Assembly (NCBI GenBank): GCA_964534375.1
Contig: CAZHPN010000128.1
Location: 1 to 18,569 of the forward strand
Source of the DNA: an uncultured bacterium
GTDB lineage: Bacteria > Lernaellota > Lernaellaia > Lernaellales > Lernaellaceae
Length of the DNA stretch: 18,569 nt
Direction of reading: 5' to 3'
The notes beneath the pieces were generated by a model. It worked only from the letters and a program-made list of their open reading frames with translations, was not told the DNA's origin and did not search any database. Of this stretch, positions 1 to 6,967 are shown piece by piece. Position 1 is the first letter of the stretch. Every line of letters begins with the position of its first letter. A program made the position numbers and the translations under genes.

Positions 1-105
1 GGTACATTTAGCGCGATTCTTGCAGGAAAATCTCCTGCCTTAGCAAAGAGATATCCCGGTTCAACGCCTTAATACTTCCGGGAACTTCGAACTAGGCCGC
101 CGCGG

Positions 106-1200
106 CTATTTCGCGATGCGGACCCAGGCGACGGCGCGCGTTTGCCCATCGGGCAGACGGGCTGTGCCGCGGATCGTGTTGGGGTCGTCCAGCTCGAGCT
201 GATAGACAATCACGTTCTGATCGAACGCGAGTTCGAACGTCAATTTGCCGTCTTTCAATTGCAGGCCGGCCAGCGTCTGCCGCGTGCTGTTGGTCACGGC
301 GTGCACCGCGAACCCTTTGCCGTCGTCGCTCTTGATCTGATACAGGTCGTTGTCGCTGCGGCCCGGCCAGAATTCCTTCCAGCTTCCGGCCCAGTGCTTC
401 GCCGCCGGCTTGCCGTCGTCGTAGGCGGGCCCGAGGCGCGTCCAGACGACGCGATGCACCGTGCCGTCGCTCAGCGTCGCCAACCCGACCAGCGTGTCGG
501 CGTTGAGCTGGAACACTTCGTAGGCGATCTCGTCGTCGTTGAAGCGCAGCAGAAACGCCAGCCGCCGGCCGTTCCAATTCAAGCGCGTCACGTCTTGCCG
601 CTCGACGTTGGTCATCGCCTCCAGCGCCAGCCGTTCGCCGCCGGCGACGCGCACGCGGTAGACGTCCCGCTCCGCGCGATCCGGCCAGGACTCCTCCCAG
701 TTGCCCGACCAGTCGTCGAGCGCCACGCGCGCCAACTTCGCCGGGGCCGCGGTCGCGGGGCCGGAGGCGCGTACGGCGCCTTCCTTGATCCAGTGAATGG
801 GGCTCTCTTCGCCGTCGGGCGCGCGTACGGCGCCGCTCAACTCCGTTCCGGCGTCGTCAATTTCCAGCGTGTAAAGGATCGGCCGATCGTCGGCGTAGTT
901 GGTAAACTGCAGCACCTTGCCGTCCCAATGCAAATCGGCCAACCGCTGGCGGTCCGCGTTCGTCAACGGTTCGACCTGAATCGTGACGCCGTCTTCCGAG
1001 AGCGAAATCCGGAAGCGGTCCGCCTGGTCCGAATCCGGCCATTGTTCAATCCAATAACCTTCCCAATCCTTGACGGCCGGCTGGTGAGCCGCGGCCGGCG
1101 CGTCGGCGACGCGCGGCGCGCCCATCGTGGCGCAACCGGTCGCCGCCAAAACCGCCGCGACCGCCAGGGATGTCAGAACTTGCCGTATCGCCGCGTGCAC
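106..1200 (-). CDS. Lipoprotein with three tandem ~95-aa Trp-rich beta-domain repeats, function unknown
   Basis: GTG start with GGGAGG SD. Hydrophobic signal with lipobox-like LAATG-C. Repeats begin DWEGYWIEQWP, DWSGNWEESWP and HWAGSWKEFWP, each ends in a hydrophobic-x-W strand, and they are joined by Ala/Pro linkers. Confidence 0.85.
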   Translation of the reverse strand: MHAAIRQVLTSLAVAAVLAATGCATMGAPRVADAPAAAHQPAVKDWEGYWIEQWPDSDQADRFRISLSEDGVTIQVEPLTNADRQRLADLHWDGKVLQFTNYADDRPILYTLEIDDAGTELSGAVRAPDGEESPIHWIKEGAVRASGPATAAPAKLARVALDDWSGNWEESWPDRAERDVYRVRVAGGERLALEAMTNVERQDVTRLNWNGRRLAFLLRFNDDEIAYEVFQLNADTLVGLATLSDGTVHRVVWTRLGPAYDDGKPAAKHWAGSWKEFWPGRSDNDLYQIKSDDGKGFAVHAVTNSTRQTLAGLQLKDGKLTFELAFDQNVIVYQLELDDPNTIRGTARLPDGQTRAVAWVRIAK

Positions 1201-1236
1201 CTGCCGCCTCCCACGGGCTTTTGTTCCACCCGCCCT

Positions 1237-1629
1237 TCACTCATGGACGTGATACCACACGACCGGTTCATCGAAATTTCTTCGGCCTCCGCGGGCCCGA
1301 CCCGACAACACGTCCTTATTGATCAGCACCAAGTCGTAAAAGACGGCGCCGTCTTCCATGTCCAAGTAGAACGTAAGCTGTTTTTGCTGAAAGACAATAT
1401 TTCGCGTTTTTTGCTTGTCGGCGTTGACCAGCGGCATAATCGCGATCGCGTCGCCATTGACGTCGATCCGGTAGCGGTCTTTGGTCGTCTGGCCCGGCCA
1501 TTCCTCTTCCCACGTGCCGGCGAGCGCCTTGGTGTCCTTCGGCGACGTCGCCAACGGACTGACCGTGGCGCACGCGGTCGCCAGCCACAACAGCGCCAGC
1601 AGCCCGGCGCACAAAATCCGACGGTTCAT
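1237..1629 (-). CDS. Single-domain lipoprotein, paralog of the downstream triple-repeat lipoprotein
   Basis: Start moved to ATG 1629 (GAGGAG SD). MNRRILCAGLLALLWLATA-C lipobox. Same domain signature LAGTWEEEWP...DRY...VNADKQ...LTF...Y...SG...VVW. Confidence 0.85.
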   Translation of the reverse strand: MNRRILCAGLLALLWLATACATVSPLATSPKDTKALAGTWEEEWPGQTTKDRYRIDVNGDAIAIMPLVNADKQKTRNIVFQQKQLTFYLDMEDGAVFYDLVLINKDVLSGRARGGRRNFDEPVVWYHVHE

Positions 1630-1663
1630 CGCCAAACTCCTCGGTTGCTCACTTTTTACCACA

Positions 1664-1693
1664 TGGACATCCGCTGACAAGCGCAACTATAAT
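1664..1693 (+). promoter_or_regulatory. Putative sigma70-type promoter for the glycosyltransferase genes
   Basis: TGGACA (1664-1669), 18 nt spacer, TATAAT (1688-1693). A perfect -10 in a GC-rich divergent intergenic region. Confidence 0.55.
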
Positions 1694-1719
1694 CGCCGAT
1701 GGTTCGGCGCACGATCCCC

Positions 1720-3549
1720 ATGAGCAAAAACCTCAGGCCATTTCTGCTTTTTGTCGCCGCGCTGGCGATCCTGTCGCAAATTTCGCCGATGCTCGGCATC
1801 GTCGACGACGCTTGGATCACCTACGCCTACGCGCGCAACCTCGCGCACGGGCAGGGCATCGCCTTCAACCCGGGCGAACGCGTCGAGGGCTGCACCGCCT
1901 TTTTGCACATGGCGCTGCTCGCGCCGTTTTCCTGGCTGACCGCGCGGCTGGATCTCGTCGCCGTCGCGCTCAACATCGTCGCCTGGGCCGGCGTCGTCGC
2001 GCTGCTGTGGAGTTTTATCCGCAAGTTCAGCGGCCCGCGCGTCGGCGTGCTCGGCCTCTTCCTGACCGCGTTTGCGCTGCTCGGCCTTTCCGGCGCGGCG
2101 TGGACGTTCTCGGGCATGGAAATGCCGCTGGTGGCGCTGGCGTGGCTCGCGGCCGTCGCCGTGCACCTGCGCGAACGCGAGAAAAACACCGTGCCGTGGG
2201 CGAGCGCGCTGTTGACGGTCGCCGCCGGCCTGCTGCGTCCCGATGGAATTCTCGTAGCGCCGACGCTGGCGATCAGCACGTGGTGGGCGGACCGCGGGAA
2301 GCGCGACTGGAAAAACGCCGGAATTTACTGCGCCCTCGTGATCGGCCTCTTCGGCGGTTATTGGCTGTGGCGCTGGAGCTATTTCGGCTATTTCCTGCCC
2401 AACACCTTCTACGCCAAGGTGACGACTGTCAGCCTTTCGCTGACGCTGTCGGGCGTGCGCTACGTCGTGCGTTGGCTGTTCGGCATGGTCGTCCCGTGCT
2501 TCGGCCTGCTGGCGTTTATCGCCGCGCGTCGCGAGGCGCCCGCGCCGCGGTGGGTCAAGCTGATGCTCGCGCTGGTCGCCACGTCGCTCGGCTACTGCCT
2601 GCTGGTCGGCGGCGACTTCTTCTCCTTCCACCGCTTTCTCCTGCCGTCGTATGCGCCGATGCTGCTGGCCACGTGGTGGTGCGGCGTCGCTTGGCGGCGA
2701 AAACGGCGGCGCCGCGCGACCGCGCCCGAGCGGCCGCGACCGGTCAAGATCGCCATCGCCGCCGCGCTGTTCATCGTTTGCCAATTCGTCTACTTCATCG
2801 GCCGCGTGCCGCCGCAGGGCTTGGTGCACGAATTCATCGTGCAGAACACGCAGGATTGGCAGCGCATCGCCGCGATGCTGCCGGCCGACACGCCGCCGGA
2901 CGCGGTGATCGCCACGGTGCCGATCGGGGCGCTTGGCTACTTCTCGCACCGGTACATCCTCGATCTGGTGGGGCTGACCGACGTCCATATCGCGCACGCG
3001 CCGGCTCCGACCGGCGTGGGGATCACCGGGCACGAGAAATATGACATCGATTACGTGATGCAGCGCGCGCCGCAGTTGATTCTGTCGTGGCCCGGCTTGA
3101 TGCCTGCCGGCGTCGACGGCCTGCAGAAGTGGATCATGTCGAACATCGGGGCCGAGGCGCAGAAGAACCTGCTGTCCGACCCGCGCACAGCCCGCGAGTA
3201 CGCCTTGGTCTGGATGCGGCTCGACGAGCGGCTGCCGATTCGCCGCGGCGGGGCCGAGCGGTGGCTGGATTTGCAGCGCGGCCGCTGGAGCGGCGAGACG
3301 TACGCCAAAGGCGTCATCGGCCTGCTGCGCAAGGACTTGCTCGGCTCGCCCGCGTGGGCGGCATTCACGCCGCTGGACGAGACGGACGCGGCGTGGATCT
3401 GGCGCGTGTTCACCGCCCGCAGCAACGAGGAGCTGTTTCAGAAGATCGCGGAAATGCGCCGCGGCGGCCCGCCGGCGGGCCCGGGCGGCCAGCGGCCCGG
3501 CGCCGACGAGGTCGACGCGATCATCGACCACCTTGCCGGGCAACGGTGA
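1720..3549 (+). CDS. GT-C fold membrane glycosyltransferase, AftB-like family
   Basis: Many TM helices. Motifs DDAWITYAYARN..G.G..FN.GERVEG.T, SGME, RPDG, PNTFYAK, GGDF..RF, GALGY..ILDLVGLTD. Alternative start ATG 1699. Confidence 0.8.
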   Translation: MSKNLRPFLLFVAALAILSQISPMLGIVDDAWITYAYARNLAHGQGIAFNPGERVEGCTAFLHMALLAPFSWLTARLDLVAVALNIVAWAGVVALLWSFIRKFSGPRVGVLGLFLTAFALLGLSGAAWTFSGMEMPLVALAWLAAVAVHLREREKNTVPWASALLTVAAGLLRPDGILVAPTLAISTWWADRGKRDWKNAGIYCALVIGLFGGYWLWRWSYFGYFLPNTFYAKVTTVSLSLTLSGVRYVVRWLFGMVVPCFGLLAFIAARREAPAPRWVKLMLALVATSLGYCLLVGGDFFSFHRFLLPSYAPMLLATWWCGVAWRRKRRRRATAPERPRPVKIAIAAALFIVCQFVYFIGRVPPQGLVHEFIVQNTQDWQRIAAMLPADTPPDAVIATVPIGALGYFSHRYILDLVGLTDVHIAHAPAPTGVGITGHEKYDIDYVMQRAPQLILSWPGLMPAGVDGLQKWIMSNIGAEAQKNLLSDPRTAREYALVWMRLDERLPIRRGGAERWLDLQRGRWSGETYAKGVIGLLRKDLLGSPAWAAFTPLDETDAAWIWRVFTARSNEELFQKIAEMRRGGPPAGPGGQRPGADEVDAIIDHLAGQR

Positions 3550-5258
3550 GGCCGAATGTGGAATGCGGAATGCGGAATGCGGAATTTCGGGCCTCACATC
3601 GCTCGGCTGCGCTCGGGACCGGCTCCGACGCGCAAAGCCGCACAGAATCTTTGCTAGGCTCATCCTCTGCAGCGCCCTCCGCGGCTCCGAGTGACACGCG
3701 CGGAAATTCCCGAATCCCGAATCCCGAATCCCGCTCCAGATGGCGAACTTGGGTCGCCATCTTCGCGGCCGCCGCGCTGGCCGCGGCGATCCTGGCGCCG
3801 TTGCAAGCCCTGCCGTTCGGGCGCGATCAGGCGCAATACGCCGTCGCCGCGCGGGAGATCGGTGACGGCTCGCCGGCCGGCGCGGTTGCGTGGTCGGGGC
3901 AGCCGGCGGGAATGACGCTCTGGATGTTGGCGGCGCGCCGCCTCGCGGGCCCGCTCGAGGACGACGCACGCCGGGCCGAATGGCTCTGGATGACGCTGGC
4001 GGCGTTGGCGCTGGCGATGGCCGCGGCCGAATGGTCGCGCCAGCCGGCCGCGGCGATTCCGGCGGCCGTCATTTTTGCGATGCACTGCACGGCGGGCGGC
4101 TTTACGCGATCGTTGCAGCCGGCCGGGCTGGCGCTGCTGCCGCTGATCGCCGCGTTCGGCTTCTGGGGGCCGGCGGGGGAGAATCGCACGCGTAGCCGGG
4201 CGGCAGCCGCCGGGTTGGCGCTGGGCGTCGCCGCGCTGTTCGCCGCCGCGGCGACCTGGGCGGCCGTCGTCTGTATCGCCTGCGAGAAATGGCGGCCGGG
4301 CGCCGAACGCCCGCGGGTGGGCCGCGACGCCGCGCTGTTGATTGCCTTCCTGCTCGCGGTTCCGGCGCTGTTTGTCGCCGGAGCATTCACGGTCGGCCAG
4401 GCGACGGCCTACCGCGCGCTCGTACCCACGTTCGCCGCGTTGGGATTCTCACGCCCCGCGTCGTATTCGGGGACGGAGTGGCTAACGGTGCTATTGTTGG
4501 CCGGGCTGGTCTGGCGCACGCCGCGCCGCCGGGCCGCCGCCGTTCCGTTGCTGCTTTCGGCCCTCGGATTTGCCCTGTGCGCCGAGGCATTCGGCTGGCC
4601 GGGCGATCGCGCGCTCCTCTTCGGTCCGCTGGCGATCGGCGCGGGCGTGATCGTGGCCGAAATCGCCGCGCGGCTCGAGGCGCAGACCGCCGGCAACGGC
4701 GCCAATCGTGTCGCGGCCGTTGCGGTGACGGCGGTGTTGTTGTTCCTTAGCCCGTGGGCCGGCGCGCGGCGGCAATGGACTTATTTTCGTTTCTACCTGG
4801 CGGGCGCGAACATTGTCGATCGTGGCCGGGTTTTCGTCGATCCGGACACCTCGTTTTCATACCCGGCGGTGCGCGCAATCTCGGGCGTGCTGCAGCGCCG
4901 GGCCCGCGGTCGATGGCGGGCGTTTGTCTGGGGGGCCGAGCCGGGGTTGTGGCATTACAGCGGGCTCAAGCCGTTCGACAATTACTGGAATCACGCCGCG
5001 TTGTTGCGCGCCGACGAGTGGGCGCGACAGGATTTCCTGGGCCGCTTCCGCGCCGCGCCGCCGGAGTTCGTCGTCATCCGAAAAAACGACCGCCTGCTGC
5101 CGCAGAACGGCGGCCGGCGCGACAGCCAAGCCGCCCTGGCGGAGTTTCCCAGCTTCGCGGCGGCGCTGGACGCCGAATACCGCCTGATCGTCGACCGCCT
5201 CGACTTCCTGATCTATCTGCGCCGCGACCTGTTGTCTCCGGCCGAAAACGCGCCGTGA
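3546..5258 (+). CDS. GT-C fold glycosyltransferase-like membrane protein (PMT/ArnT-like), divergent
   Basis: GTG overlaps the upstream TGA (GTGA). First TM is followed by RDQAQYAVAAREI..G, then multiple TMs and a C-terminal soluble domain with FVWG.EP..W..SG and PPEFVV. Exact start uncertain (3546, 3558, 3570 or 3651). The track's 3087 start overlaps the previous gene. Confidence 0.65.
   Translation: MRPNVECGMRNAEFRASHRSAALGTGSDAQSRTESLLGSSSAAPSAAPSDTRGNSRIPNPESRSRWRTWVAIFAAAALAAAILAPLQALPFGRDQAQYAVAAREIGDGSPAGAVAWSGQPAGMTLWMLAARRLAGPLEDDARRAEWLWMTLAALALAMAAAEWSRQPAAAIPAAVIFAMHCTAGGFTRSLQPAGLALLPLIAAFGFWGPAGENRTRSRAAAAGLALGVAALFAAAATWAAVVCIACEKWRPGAERPRVGRDAALLIAFLLAVPALFVAGAFTVGQATAYRALVPTFAALGFSRPASYSGTEWLTVLLLAGLVWRTPRRRAAAVPLLLSALGFALCAEAFGWPGDRALLFGPLAIGAGVIVAEIAARLEAQTAGNGANRVAAVAVTAVLLFLSPWAGARRQWTYFRFYLAGANIVDRGRVFVDPDTSFSYPAVRAISGVLQRRARGRWRAFVWGAEPGLWHYSGLKPFDNYWNHAALLRADEWARQDFLGRFRAAPPEFVVIRKNDRLLPQNGGRRDSQAALAEFPSFAAALDAEYRLIVDRLDFLIYLRRDLLSPAENAP
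3554..3733. repeat. Composite palindromic element with inverted heptamer arrays flanking an inner inverted repeat
   Basis: GAATGYG x4 (3554-3581) and AWTCCCG x4 (3706-3733). Perfect inner IR GGAATTTC (3581-3588) / GAAATTCC (3703-3710). Nested imperfect IR TCGCTCGG / CCGAGTGA. Confidence 0.75.
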
Positions 5259-5324
5259 ACCGCACGCCAATGGAGGTGACTAGGCGATCTCGATGCTACG
5301 GATTTCCCGCCTCGTGGGGCGGCG

Positions 5325-5525
5325 CTATTGGTTCGCGATCGAGACCAGCGCGTAGGAACCGTCGGTGTTTTTCGTCGCTTTCACCGTGACTTGCAGTTTG
5401 GAGTCCTTCTTCCCCAGAAAATCGACGATCTTCTTGCTGCTGGCGTCGTCGAATTTCAGGGTCGTGCCGTCCGCCTGATACAGATACATGCCGCTCTCGC
5501 GGCAGGCCTTATTGCCGATGACCGA
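5325..5525 (-). pseudogene. C-terminal fragment of a small, probably secreted protein (54 aa from ATG 5489, 66 codons open)
   Basis: Own translation: SVIGNKACRESGMYLYQADGTTLKFDDASSKKIVDFLGKKDSKLQVTVKATKNTDGSYALVSIANQ*. Coding-like codon usage, no signal peptide, no clear SD. Below the ORF-track cutoff. Confidence 0.55.
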
Positions 5526-6881
5526 CTACTTGACGTCGACTCGCTCCATCGTATTCGCCGGCGGCGGCGGGGCCGCGGCGGCCGGCACGCCGGCGCGTTC
5601 GAGATATTCCGCGAAGCCCTGCATCATCGCCCGGAAGAACATGTCGCCGAGCACCTCGCCGCCCTTCGGGGTCGGGTGCACCAGATCGCCGGCGCCGAGG
5701 CGCGGACTGGCTTCATACCAGCGGGCCATCGAGCCGGCGCCGCCCATGGCGTCGAACAGGCTCCAGTAGGCGATCTTCAATTCGCTGGCGGCCTCGCGTT
5801 GCGCCGCGATGATTTGCGGCAGGATCGCCGGGCTGACCATCGACGTGCCTTGCTTTACCGCGGAATCAAGCGGCCCGACCAGCAGGATCGAAGCGTTCGG
5901 CAGCGCCCCGCGAACGATGTTTACGACGGCCTTGACGTTGCCGCGGACCGCCTCCGGCTTGTAGTTCGAGCGCACTTCATTGCCGCCGAAGCCGAGAATG
6001 ACCAAATCGGGGTTGCGATGGCGCAACTCGTTGATCCAGTGTTCCTTGTTGATTGTCAGGTAGGCATCGATTCCGGTGCCGTTGACGCCCAATGAATCGT
6101 AGACGACGCCGGGCACGTCGCGCTCCATGATGACGCCGTAGACGCGCAGGTTCTTGGCCATCGCCGTCAGCGTCAGCTTGTGGGCGCCGTCAGGCGCGGA
6201 GACGACGGCATAGGCGTCGCGCGGCGGCGAGCCGGCCGTGTTGACCGTGCCGACGCGCTTGCCGTCGAGCGCGATTTCCAGCGGCCCGCCCTGCGGCTCG
6301 ATCGGAAACAAGACTTCGAAGCGCGAGACGCTGCGGCCATATTTGCCGCGGTCCGCCGTGCCGATGGTCGCCTCGGCCTTGGCCTTGTACGCGACCGAGA
6401 CACCGCCGCCCAGGCCGAAATGCCGGTCCGGCAGGCTCGTGTCGTTGATCGCGTAGGCGATCCACTCCGCGCTCGGTTCGTGCACCACGTCGTACGGCTT
6501 ATACCAAGGCTGCGGCCGGCTGACGTGAATGAAGCCGTGCCCGGCGTCGCCCCATTTCTCCTGCATCCGTCGCCGCATCTCGCCGGACACCAGGTCCATC
6601 TCGACCAGCGAATCGCCCATGTGCGCGATGCGAGTGGTGGCGCCAGGCTGTTTCAGCGCGGTCCGGGCCAGCGCCGCAAAAAAGTTGTCGAGCGGATGTG
6701 CGCCTTGGGCGTACTCCAGCGGCCGCGTAGTCTCGCCGCGTTCGGTCGCGATGCGCTGCAGAATCGCCGCGGCGTCGCCTGCCGCTTGCGCCGCCCCGCG
6801 CGGCTCGCCGAGCACGGCGGCGGTCAGCAGCAGCGCGGCGGACAGAGCGATGGCGATGGCGGTTTTTGGTCGGCTCGGCAT
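5526..6881 (-). CDS. Exported SGNH/GDSL hydrolase-family O-acetylesterase or acetyltransferase, Ape1-like architecture
   Basis: GGAGG SD and signal peptide. Block I HMGDS, block II LGVNG, block III GFGGNE, block V DLVH. Large insertion between blocks I and II. Directly downstream of the MBOAT gene. Confidence 0.85.
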   Translation of the reverse strand: MPSRPKTAIAIALSAALLLTAAVLGEPRGAAQAAGDAAAILQRIATERGETTRPLEYAQGAHPLDNFFAALARTALKQPGATTRIAHMGDSLVEMDLVSGEMRRRMQEKWGDAGHGFIHVSRPQPWYKPYDVVHEPSAEWIAYAINDTSLPDRHFGLGGGVSVAYKAKAEATIGTADRGKYGRSVSRFEVLFPIEPQGGPLEIALDGKRVGTVNTAGSPPRDAYAVVSAPDGAHKLTLTAMAKNLRVYGVIMERDVPGVVYDSLGVNGTGIDAYLTINKEHWINELRHRNPDLVILGFGGNEVRSNYKPEAVRGNVKAVVNIVRGALPNASILLVGPLDSAVKQGTSMVSPAILPQIIAAQREAASELKIAYWSLFDAMGGAGSMARWYEASPRLGAGDLVHPTPKGGEVLGDMFFRAMMQGFAEYLERAGVPAAAAPPPPANTMERVDVK

Positions 6882-6967
6882 GGACGCCTCCAGTTGTTGC
6901 GGTCGAACCGTTGTCGACCGATAGCGTTATCATTGAAAGGCAACCATCGCCGGAATGCAAGCGACGG

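Noticed and set aside
22..38. Hairpin GCAGGA-aaatc-TCCTGC downstream of the lipoprotein gene
   Set aside because: Only a 6-bp stem with no U tract on the relevant strand, and the context is cut by the window edge.
3554..3733. CRISPR array or DGR interpretation of the repeats
   Set aside because: The units are 7-bp tandem repeats without spacers, and there are no cas or reverse transcriptase genes and no TR/VR pair.
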